64,000 bases of DNA from Klebsormidium nitens (lineage: Eukaryota; Plantae; Klebsormidiophyceae): contig DF237295.1 in assembly GCA_000708835.1 (NCBI GenBank), forward strand, positions 1-64,000. Direction: 5' to 3'. This document shows, in pieces, positions 48,901-60,800 of the stretch (the stretch's first letter is position 1; each line of letters begins with the position of its first letter). The notes under the pieces are model-generated. The model saw only the letters and a program-made list of their open reading frames with translations. It was not told the origin of the DNA and ran no database searches. Made by a program: the position numbers and the translations under genes.

Positions 48901-50372
48901 TGGTGTTGGCGTGGCAAATCAGAAGTTTCAATGTGGAAACCCCTACATGGGAGGATGGTCATTCGGACGGCGCCCGTGCTGTGATCGACTTGACAAGACC
49001 TCTGCCCTCCAGCAGTCTTATGAGTCAATGAGCATAATCTGATCGACATATTCCTGCGGAGAAGTCAAACCGAGCAGAGGCCACTTAGTCTTGATTGAGT
49101 GAGGGCAGGAAATCTGATCGGTGTCCACACTTCATGACTCAAACTCTTGAGTTACTTAGTGGGATGATTTGCTGACAGCATTTCCCTCTGTTTGTGCACC
49201 CTTCAACCTGCACAACACTGATGCAATTCTTGAAACAACATTGCCGGCGCTTGTACGATCTGGTGCAGTGGCAACTGCTTCTGAAAAACCTGAAAAGGGA
49301 GGGTTTAAGCACTCCATCTGGATGACATCATCTGTGCACATAACCCTCATTTGGGAAAACCACCTGTTGCTCATCAAGCTGTTCTTGGATAAGGTAGAGT
49401 AAAAACTTTTTTTGGGACGATTAGGCCTATCAATACCACACCAGCCGCACCGTCAACCCCTTTTTGTCTACCTTTGTCTTGGTGAACTGGTTTGAACATC
49501 CTTCTCTGCCAACTCTCCGCCAACTCTTACAGGTTTCATTGATGTACGGCTCACAATGAAGCCCTCACAACAATCCTCTGACCTAATATGCCATGACTTC
49601 ATCAACATGTTCTTCAATTTGTAGAACCATCACCTGGCATGGGACGCACAAAAGTGTACATGACAACTGGGTGGGAACGGCAGACTGATGCTGGCTTAAG
49701 GGTGGTAGTGACAAACTCTACGGTTTGAAAGAAAGCAAGTTGACTGCTCCACCATGGCTGGTGCTTCAAAGTTTCTGAACATGATCTTGCAGCATTCAAA
49801 TATGAGAACTCTATACTAGAATGTTGCCTCCTGTCACTCTCAAGGAAGTGCTTGCAGAAAGTCCATGATGCTTGTTTCTGAAGCTGGCGTGCAAACAAGC
49901 TGGATAAGAGATCCGGATAGATTCGGTTTGCATTGGAAAATTTTGTTCGCAATGAGGACTTGAACCGGAAGGAAACAACCATCTCATCATCCAAAGAATT
50001 AGGGACAGGCTAACGGCATTGCGGAAGATGTCTGAAAAAGAAGTTCAATGACAGCGTAAAGATGACAAAGATAACCATTGATGCTAACACGGGGTTTGGA
50101 ACCGATGCACGTTGAAATGTCATAGCAATCCTGGCCCTTAATGAAATTCATGAAAGTTTACTCAAAGCCAGAAAGGCAAGTATGTAGAACACAGATATCA
50201 GAACTGCTGAAAGAAACTTAGGCAAAGCGAAAGAAGTTTGACTCACCGAAATGACAGAGAGGACCGTCACAATAAGAGCACCAACAACCAGGGTACCGAA
50301 GAGGCAAAACCCAAACTTCCTGTAAGTTTTTTGAACCTTAAATGGGTTTGGAAACTCGCCAGCTGAAGACAT
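45933..50372 (-). CDS. Uncharacterised two-transmembrane protein with a ~250-aa ectodomain, putative DEG/ENaC-superfamily-like channel subunit, 5 exons, ~383 aa
   Basis: Exons 50372-50247, 48857-48624, 48095-47930, 47245-47046, 46358-45933 (1152 nt; phases 0,0,1,0; all GT-AG). TM1 FGFCLFGTLVVGALIVTVLSVISVVNLV; TM2 LVAIIFTLIGSIPGYISYIFLIWYVFF; four ectodomain Cys; N-glycosylation sequons NLT and NVT. The gene model is well supported; the family assignment is inference. Confidence 0.7.
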
Positions 50373-50711
50373 CTTTTCCCCGTTTTGTTGTATATGTGAC
50401 AGAGGTACCAACAGAGCTGATGTAAATACCCTAATGGAACCCAGGCAACTGAACGCTTCCAAGCCCTGCCAACGAGCCCCGCAGAACTTTGTCGGGCTGG
50501 GAGAATCCTGGCACTACCAAATGCCTTTACATTCCCCAATTACGTTACGAAGTTCCTTCGAACAGCTTGCACCAAGTCCTGAAGTCGTGTGCAAGCGAGC
50601 ACCTTTGCAGTTGACTTCAAACAACGCTTACAATAGGTAGCTAGAAGTTGATAACAAAATAAAGGGCAGCAGAGGCAAGGCATCAGGTAAGATTAAATGC
50701 AGACTGAGAAA

Positions 50712-51366
50712 NNNNNNNNNNNNNNNNNNNNNNNNNNNNNNNNNNNNNNNNNNNNNNNNNNNNNNNNNNNNNNNNNNNNNNNNNNNNNNNNNNNNNNNNN
50801 NNNNNNNNNNNNNNNNNNNNNNNNNNNNNNNNNNNNNNNNNNNNNNNNNNNNNNNNNNNNNNNNNNNNNNNNNNNNNNNNNNNNNNNNNNNNNNNNNNNN
50901 NNNNNNNNNNNNNNNNNNNNNNNNNNNNNNNNNNNNNNNNNNNNNNNNNNNNNNNNNNNNNNNNNNNNNNNNNNNNNNNNNNNNNNNNNNNNNNNNNNNN
51001 NNNNNNNNNNNNNNNNNNNNNNNNNNNNNNNNNNNNNNNNNNNNNNNNNNNNNNNNNNNNNNNNNNNNNNNNNNNNNNNNNNNNNNNNNNNNNNNNNNNN
51101 NNNNNNNNNNNNNNNNNNNNNNNNNNNNNNNNNNNNNNNNNNNNNNNNNNNNNNNNNNNNNNNNNNNNNNNNNNNNNNNNNNNNNNNNNNNNNNNNNNNN
51201 NNNNNNNNNNNNNNNNNNNNNNNNNNNNNNNNNNNNNNNNNNNNNNNNNNNNNNNNNNNNNNNNNNNNNNNNNNNNNNNNNNNNNNNNNNNNNNNNNNNN
51301 NNNNNNNNNNNNNNNNNNNNNNNNNNNNNNNNNNNNNNNNNNNNNNNNNNNNNNNNNNNNNNNNNN
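50712..51366. other. Assembly gap (655 N)
   Basis: Run of N characters. Confidence 1.
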
Positions 51367-51801
51367 TGCAGAAGCAGTGCAGAAGCTGCACAGCTCGCTG
51401 AAATGTCAACAGTGTTGACATCAACAGTACAGCTGATTGACTTTCGCAGGAACTGCGTTCGATGCCATCGACGGCTGAGCTATCGAAACAGCGTAATGGA
51501 ATGGACGGCAGCAGCTCTCGCATTGCCATCCATATACATGTGCATCTCGCCCTTCCTAGTTGTCCAATATCACAACAATCAATGCGAGAGCACGTCATCA
51601 TTTGCAATGCCAATGGTGGCATTGTGTACATTACATTTCTCGGGAACTCCCTCGCATGGTGGCATGCCTCTCTATAATCTCCGCCTCCAAATTCTGACTT
51701 TCTTCTGGCTTCGCAAGAAACATCAAAGAGAAGAAGACCTCGCTGCGGAATGCCTCCGCTGTAATCATCAGGTTGTGGTGGTGGAAGAAGTTGAATAGCC
51801 A

Positions 51802-54800
51802 ATGGGGCTCTCGCGTCTGCGGACGACAGGGTGGCTTATGCACTTTGGTGAGAACAAAAATGGAAAAAGATACTGCAACCCGAGGTGAGCATGTGTTCTG
51901 TTGAGCTCCTCATAACGTAAGAAGCTTCTTGCTTGAGTGACGCAACAAATCCTTGGGAAGGATCGGATGCAACAATTCAGCACCTCGGATCAAGACAAAG
52001 TGTGCGTCGCAGCTGCTTTGGTTAAGAAGATTTCTTTTGCTGTGTTACAAGTAACTTCAAATGATACTACCAGTAATCAGCGCCACCATCATCGGATAAG
52101 TTTGATTGTTCAAGATTGAAGGGTGTTCACCAAGCTTGCCAAGGTTTTCTGTTCTTGTTACTGAACTTATGGCCTAATCATAAGAACCAAGCATCTGGAC
52201 ATTGGGAGTCAATACCTTGTATAAGTTCTTACTGCAATGACAGGGATGTGAGTGATTCCTGAGGTGCAAGCAGTTCGTTTCTCAGGACAAACATCGAACT
52301 CTCAAAAAGAAACGCGAACAAGTGACTATCTGCCGGTGGTTTGGAAACAACGTCAAGGTATTCAAAGCCTGTGATGGCGGCGGAAGCGCAAAGTCCATTG
52401 TACCACAGTTTCAGGAAGTTTGAAAAGAGCAAGTGCCTTTCTTGAAAGTGGCTTTCCGCATAAACACATCCTTCCTTGTCCAGGTTTGTAGTTCTGGAAG
52501 GGAGGTCACTTTCAATCTACAATGAAGACCCCGAGCAGGCACATGATGAGGTGCACAAACCTCTTTTCTCAAATTCTTCTTTACCTTATAAAGATCTGCG
52601 ATGCTTCTCATAATCGTTCTTACTGATATCAATAACAGGCACCAGATTTTCTTTCGCTTTTATGTGCAAGGATGTGTAGTCCTTCTACGCAGTTTCTCAG
52701 GTCTGAGTTAAGCCTGGGCAACAGGACCTTCAGTCCCGTGCTTAAAGCACCTTCAGGAACATCTTCATGTTTGAAGCCTTCTGAAACCTCTGACATGTTT
52801 CCAACTGGTTTCCAGAACAGCTATTTTCACTTGAGAACCCGCGTTGACATTGTGCAAAAGAGTCTTACTTGGCAGACAAGAAGCCTGTTCTTTCACTGTG
52901 CAGAAGCCGCTCTTCCATGGCAACATGGGCCCATACACCCGCTGGGAAGAGCTTGGCAGGCAGGTGGTGGACGGCCACTGCCTGTATGGCTTGCGGCTCT
53001 ACAGTGCTGTCAACCATGCCATCAACGGACAGGTACTTTTCATGATTCAATGTGATCACCATCAGTCGGCGCCTGAGAGGCTGCGCAGTAGAAGGACAAG
53101 CCTGATTACCTACATGTTTTTGCCTGCTTTGTGACTGCAAACTGAGACGTCAGATCAAAGCAGACTGCCTAGCTGCAACCTAACAGAGATTGCCGATTGC
53201 CTGCATCATCCATCTCGGTGCTCCAATCCACTGCACCTGAACACCACTACCAATCAAGAAGCACCCAATCACGAACCTTGAAGTGGCACCACACTATATG
53301 ATTAAAAACCGGCCAGTGCTAGACGAAGAAGTTGTGCTCCTTGTTGCAGCTTGGGGCTGGCTCCGTGGAAGAAGTCTCGAAATGGCTGAATGCTCTGGAG
53401 CATGCGCGAGACATTGTAAGCGTTTCTTCATGCTTCTCCATCCGCCTTCCCCTCTTGCCAAGGAACCGAACCGCAATTTGTATCCAGGATTAACCTGTGC
53501 GCCCGCTCACAGTTACATAACAATGTTCTCAGTGAGGGGGTTTCCTTTCCTACTCTGGAGAGAGAAGAGGGTTTTGACAAGCCTTGTGGTGGAGGGAACT
53601 CTCTACGCTGCCCCTCTCTGGAAACACGATGTTATGAAGTCGTTGGTTCTCTTCCGAAGTCCCAGAAAAGAAAGTTTGACCCAGTCTGAAGTTCCAGAGA
53701 AGAGTTTCTATTCAGTCAAGTACATCACTTGCTGAAAGGAGTTTCTATTTGTGATCGATTCCTATTCCAATCATCGTCTAGCAACGAACAAGAATGTGTC
53801 GTACCGGATATTGAGGCACTTGGAACGTCCCTGTCCTTGCAGGCTATACAGTCGGCTAAAGATGCGGAGGCTCGTGAAGAGCAGTAAGACACCCTTCACA
53901 CTGCCCATTCAATAGTCTGCTTTCTGTCTCCTTGGCAACACGGATATCTCATTGTAGTTGTAGTCCTATTATATCTCACGACTATCACTTTGGTTCGTTC
54001 TTCAGTTTCAGAACAACTGACTCTTGGCCTGACCCGAATGAACGTTCAAAATTTCCATTCCCGATCGGGGTTGAAGAAAAGTAGTGTGACCTTTCTCTGG
54101 TCACAGGTTCTGAACGTGTTAGCGAGAATCAGCGTCGAAATTTTGATGGAAATCAGAGCCCTCTGATCAAAGTTTCATCTGAGGTAGCCATTCAATTCTG
54201 GATGAAAGTCGTGAAAGCTTCGCAGTAATCGACGGGCGGAACGGGCATAATCGTTCTATCCAAAACTTAACCGCTGTTATGGCCTCCGTGCAGGCTGGTC
54301 AGAGAAGACGGAATTGCAGACGACTTCGAAGACGGACCGAGAAAGAGCTTGTCGAGGCTAGCCAGCATCGGACTAGGTCAGTAGCACAAACTGAACATGC
54401 TGACGGCAAAGTATCACGTCATTTGCAGGCGTCTTTGACTCCTTCACTCAGCTTTTCCGTCGCCGTTTTACTTGCGGCTCTCTTTAATACCCTTCGTCCA
54501 GGCTCCGATTTGAAATTTGCAGTAATTAGCTTGATAAAAGCTACAATACGCACGTTAGGTGCTTCTTTTCAAGACGGACATGTTGATGGCACTTCCAACG
54601 AGGATGCCTGAAAAACAATCAAGAATCTGAACGTGGCAAGTCATGTTGTATTATCGAAAACGCACTATTCTGCCAAGTACTTCGTTCGTCGACTCATTTT
54701 ACATTACCTCTTCGTGCTTTCATTCTTTTGGATTCTTTTCAAAGTCACGAACGTTTGACGAGATAAGTGCATATCTTGAAGAGGTTGCACTTCGTATAGG

Positions 54801-57800
54801 CGTGCCAGCAGTTTTCAAGAACCAAGCGATTATCGAGGGCCTCCAAGAGGCGGGCTTCGACATCGGTGACGCCTTTTCTGGCGGGGACTGGCGCCTCCTC
54901 AAACTCGAAAACGGTGAGGAGTCGATCGACGCCATCTCTAGTAAAGGAACTACGGAGTCGCTTAAAACGTGTCGGAAAGGCCATAGAAGGTCGCTTGTCG
55001 ATTGGCATTGTTCTTTCATTGCCAGGTCCTCGATCGGCTGTCTTTGAATGATCCTTTTAGGTTGCTCTTTTCGGAAACCTACTCGGTCAATCCAATGACG
55101 TGATCCAAACTCTCCGGCAGGTTTGCGAATCTACCAGGATGACTCGGATTTGAAGGTGGGGAGCTCCCTCTTGCAGCCTTTTGCTTCTTTGCCTCCCTCA
55201 TCGTACATCCTATTCAGAGCAAGTGTTCGGCTCTCAGATGCGCAATACATGAGGCGCAACAGGGCGGTAAATTACTCCTGTTCTGAATTCAGAGCAAGCG
55301 TCACAAACACTGGTGGACATGAAGTCTTGTCGAGCCCCTTGCATCATTGCTGGTTCGCCAAATCGTGCGACTGTCTATCTTCAATTTGTACAGATAGCGA
55401 TATTGCCATCAAGTCCACGAAGAAAGGATCAACCTGCAGATATGCGTTCCCTTCTTCTTCTCTGCAGTCGACGCATCCGGTGCTGAAGGCCGTAGGTGTG
55501 ATCGAAGCGCCCGCTGAGAACATTTTTCAGTTGGCGATGAGCTTGGGTAAGAGGACGCACAAGTGAGTAAGCACTCCAGTCGGCAGCAATTGCCCTTGTC
55601 ACACACATTGCTGAAAACTAGAGGCTGATCGCTTTCCGAGCAGCCGCTGCTGTTTCGAACAAATTTTTGACCTGTGCCATGCTCGATCTCGAGGCCTTCA
55701 TGAATGCATACAAGCAGCGACACCTCTCGTACTAAAACCTGCTGGTTTCAGCGCCTTGCCTGAGTTGCGTCCTGCTCTTTTTGAGTAGAGAGCCTGGACT
55801 TGTGGTATCAGTAAAGTGCCAAGTCTCTTAGATGCGCATCCAAAAGGTGACTCGGCTTGCTCATGGTTGCTAATTACGTGCACCTGTCAGTTTGTAAGCC
55901 TATCTTCAGGGCCAACATAGACGACAATCCCGAGTTCGTCTTGCGTCAAAACGAAATCGTCGATGATGCATCAAATCGCTTTTCAGAGTCCACTCCTACC
56001 ACTTATGAGCCATTTGTAAGATTCTGTTGGGATCTAAGTTCTGGCGCTCTTCGTACGCTCAAACCCGTTGACGGTCACATCCTAAAATTGCTTTTCTCAA
56101 TCTCTGTCTCATTTCTGAAAACTTTAGAGGATTTTGAAGATTTTTTTCCTTTCCAGCTTTGACCCAGTCTTGAGGGACTGGAGCTCTGTCGAGATCATCG
56201 ACGGGCACACGGACGTTGTGCACGCCGTCATGGAGCCCAAAATCTTCCCGCCCCTCCTTCAACACGTGACTTCTGCCTCGCGCGGTATTGGCGAAGAGAC
56301 CCTGACGGGGCGTACGGTAAGGAAGCGGAGTCTGATCTAATTTTTGGGGCTCAGCCCTTCCTGACTGGAGCTTGGAGCAGTACGTATGTGCGTCCTTAGG
56401 TTTATACCGCGTCGGATGTTCTGCCTTGAGGTTTGATTTCAGCGGTGGAGTGGTGGTCTCAAGTTTAAAATATTGCATGGCTCAAGGCAACGTCTTTAAA
56501 AAATGGAGAACAGCTCTCCTGAGAGTCGAAGTCCCGGTTAGTCAACTGTAGACTTCTTTGGCTATAACCCAGGTAAGTGAAAAGCGCAGTCGAATCCGGG
56601 ATGTCAGATTCTAAATCGATGGAAGGTGACTACCTGCGGCTTGTTTACAACTCGGCTCTCGGAGCACTTGTCCGATGGATTCGAAGCTGCTAATACTGAC
56701 CGGATGCTTTGCTTCTTGTGCAGCAATCCTGTACCATTCCGTAGAAAACGACAAATGCAAGCCGGGAAAGGACTTCGTCCGCTGCAAAGAAGTCTCCAGT
56801 AAGTCTCGACTTCCTTTTGCGTCCTCCATCCATGCCTGTCAAAAGTTTTGGCGAGATTTGTGGTTTCTGGAGACCCAGCTTAAGCTCCTGGGTCTGACTC
56901 ACATCAATCGAGCAGGATTGACGAGCGGAAGCAATGATAGAAACGAAAAATCTGGTCTAGATACTTTTCCCTGGCAGCTTCGAGCTTCTCTGCCGATCAC
57001 GAAAGTGATAACGAGTCCTCCCGCGACTCCCTGCTTGGGGCCTTATTCAGGAAAGGAACCGTTTTTTCGAAATTCCGAGCGGAAGCAACGATAGGAACGG
57101 AAAATCTGGTAGATACTTTTCCCTGTCAGCTTCGAGCTTCTCTGCCAATCACAAGAGTGAAAACGATTCCTCCCGCGACTCCCTGCTTGGGGCGTCAACC
57201 ATAAAAGGAACCGATTTTTTAAACTCCGCTTGTTCCTCCCCTCTGTGCAGTCCTCAGTTGGGAGATCACTCCGCTCCCCCCCCACCCTGTTACAAACGAG
57301 CCCCGGTCGCTGTGCGAGCATCTGGTGGGCATCGACCTTCTGGGCTGGAAGGCGAGGTTCTACAAGAAGTTCGGAGCGGAGGCGCAAATGCGCCTACTGA
57401 CCAGAGTGGCCGGTGAGAATCCGCTCTCGATTTTGGCCTGTTTTCATACTGGTTTTCTGGAGGGGAGACGGAAGTCCGAGAATTTATAGGGGCAGAATTG
57501 AAAGCGGGGTCCAGGTTTTGAAGGTAGGAAGCTTCCTGGAGCAACCCGCCCAATCGCAGACTGTTTGCCGGACATGTTTCTACTCACGAGAACCTTCCAA
57601 TCAGCTGGAAGGTTAGGGAAACCCATCCTTCAGCCAAGCAGACGGCAAGCCAGGTCCACCGAAGTCTTCTAACGGAGTGAATGGTACACAACACTGCCCC
57701 CGTTGGCGAGGCGTCGTATCAAGATGGCAAAACACGTTTACGAATCTGTGACCCCTTCTCAAACTTTAAAACGACAAAGACGAAGCTGCTGTTTATGACA

Positions 57801-60800
57801 TCCGGTCATCTTTTGGGTTCCGTCTTCGTTTTTTTCGAACACGCTGAAAACTTCAAGGGAGTCTAATGGTTGTCGGAACGGATTCAACATCTCAGGCTCA
57901 TACGCTTGCACCGCTCATGTATCCATCATAGCTCACAACGGAAGCGCCGATAATCTGAAAGTGCTCATTCCAACTTTTACAACTATTCAATATGACACCT
58001 GCGGTGTGCACCTGCGTGCGGAAGCACTTTGTCACACTTTCGTGGGGGCTTTGAAGCCTTCTCTAAATTGTTGGGATATCTTGTGCAAAGTACTGATTGC
58101 TCGAAGTACTGAGCTTGTACAAGCAGTCAAAGGACTCGTTTTCTCCCGGCTACAGGCATGCACAATCGCTACTGTGCAAGATCTGAGGCCCTCAGGTACC
58201 AAGATCTGCTTCATCCTGTGTCGTACGTGCTGGATAGATCAACCGAGTTCTTTGTTTCCCCGCAGGGATGCGCGAGCATTTTCTGGCGAACCCCCAGGAG
58301 GCGTTCGAGCCGACCGCGGGCGCCACCGTCCAGTCGACCGTCCGCCGCTCGTCCGACCACGTGTCCGCACCGACGACGCCGGACAGCAGCAAAAAGGACC
58401 CCTTCTTCCAGATGGAGGAAGTCTACTACGATGCGGAGGAGCCGCAGGACTCAATTGCGGGACACGTCATCAAGGTGAGGGCGCAACTGAGTGGAAGCTG
58501 GGAATGTTCTGCATTCGGAAACAAGAGAGTGAGGCATAAAGGTTGTCCCTTTCAATCGGCGGCCTCAAATCTGGCTCGGATTTTGATGGATGCATTAGAA
58601 CCGCACTCTTGGTGTCAGGATTGAGGGATAGTTTGATCTCAGATTGAGTTCACTCACTTAATCGTTTTTTGTTTTCTCGGAGCTTGAGCTAATGGAGACC
58701 GATCTTGAGAGACAACAGCAGCAATGTCGGAGTTAGTGAACCTACTTACCACTCCTCTGTTTTTTCGACTCCTTGCCAGTAGAGATTGATCTTAGAGACA
58801 CAACAGCAGCGGAACCAATCACATGCATGCGACATCAGCAGGCTCTATCAACAAAACGCTCCTCAGTCGAAAGTGTCTCCGGATTCCCATCTCGAGCTCT
58901 CAGTTCTCGTAACTTCTGTTTTTCTGATTCAAAGCACTCTTTTTGCAGAGGCCCGCAAGCTTCAAATACGCTGCCTTTGCCGCGATCGCCCTGCACCGCA
59001 CCCAATCCAGCCTGCCGAAAGACGGCCTGCCCCAACTGCGTGGGCCACCCGTCCCGTACGCGCCGTCTCATTTCACGGGAAGCGTGCCCCGCTTATCGGG
59101 CGCGCGAACCAAGGACTGTTTCAGCGTGCCCTCGGGGGGGCAGTTCAAGGTCCGGGGGAAGACGTATCGCAAGGATGGCGTCAAGGTGAGGCGTCAAGTC
59201 GACCTGGTGATTGGGGCCGCTTTGTGGTGCTCATTTTTTTCAGCTGGAAGTTGTTTACCGGCAGATAGAAGTGCACTCAGTGGTGCACGATTTATGACAA
59301 AGACTGTGTCAAGGGGCGGCATCTTGACACTCTTTCTTGTATTTGTTTTATTCGTTAAATGGTCTTGGGGTCTCTTCCTTCCTTCTAGTGCCTCTCAACC
59401 TGAAATTACACGCACCGCCCAAGTCCGCCGGACTTTCTAACTGTGTAATGAGTCTCGGAGACTCTTGTTGTGCCATGCGCCCTCGTTAAAGGGGCCTTCT
59501 GTCTTTTTCAGCACTACGGCTTCCTGGTCTAGCACCACGTAAGGAAAAGTCACCGCGAGGAAACCGTTGCAAGGTCTTCTTCAAAGCGTTTTGCCTTCCC
59601 CCGCAGGTTAAGGGCGGTGAGCCCTTGCTTCAGCTGCTCGCAGTCGACTGGTTCGAGAGCAGCCGCCGCATGGATAATGTCGCGCAGAGCCCGTCTAGCT
59701 GCATGCAGGTGCGGTAATCGTGCTTGTATTTCGACCAGACTTTCGTGTTCTGTGTTTTCGTCGGTTGCTACATGTTTCCGGCAAAGCAGGGAGCTCGAGA
59801 GAAGAGGCTTAGAGGTGGTCACATGGAGGAACCTTGTTCGTTCAGCGGAATGCTCTTGGTTGAACAAAAAAGGTGCAGAGTAGGTTCCATCTTGAGACGT
59901 CTTCACCAAGTGCAATTTTAGAGCAGTAAGTCTCTTATGTGGTGCCACGGCTGATATTAACGCTCCTTCACGCCCCTGGTGTAGAAATGTGTACATTGCG
60001 CTCAGCTTGTCGTTGATCCGTCCTTCATGAATACCGTTCTTGCTATCTGAATCAGTTGCAATCTTCTTGTGTCGAAAGGGCTGGGATCTGGCTGTCCATG
60101 ATCTGCCCGGGGTTCACCTCCTACCAACAACTGAACGGGTTCATTGGCAACCAGATGTACTACGTCAGGCACTGTCGCTCATCTCACGTTGTGCTTTGCT
60201 GTGCTGTGCAGGGTGCCGAGGCGAAGAAGATGCCTTTCGTGTTTGTGATCAATCTCCAGGTTAGTGACGCATCTACGTCTCATCCCCCTGTTTAAGCGTT
60301 TGCCAAATCACTCCCTTGACGCCAGCTCCGGATGCTCGTTTGCGGGCAGTATTGGGGGGAACACATTCCCGAACTGAGGCGTTTGTCATTCTCTCCGCAA
60401 TCACTGCGACTGAGGTGTTCGAGACCACTCTCCTCCATGTTGTCTACGTCACTTGGCTAGAGTCTCCGCCATTTTTTGATATTAGGCTGGTCAACAGTAG
60501 CGGAGTCTGGTGATATGTGCCGTTGCAACCTACTATCAAGCGGTTCGGCGTTACGACATGATTTTTTCCATAAAAGAAAGTGACTCTCGTGCACTACAGT
60601 CGAGACAATGCGTTGTCTGGTGCACAAAATTTGGACTCTCATTGCATAGCATCGCGGTTGCTTTGATGGCACTCTTCGAATGGTTTCCACTGTTTTCATC
60701 TTAAAGACATCTGCTTTTTCGAGTCACCCCTCACGGCCGGAGCTTTCAACCGACAGGTTCCCGGCAGCCCTTGCCGCAGCCTGGCCATGTACTTCGTTTC

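Noticed and set aside
49614-49994. 126-aa minus-strand ORF between exons 1 and 2 of the two-TM gene
   Set aside because: Exon 1 joins exon 2 in phase without it and it has no convincing junction pair; treated as intronic.
50693-51802. 369-aa and 234-aa ORFs in the track
   Set aside because: They are artefacts of translating through the 655-N gap.
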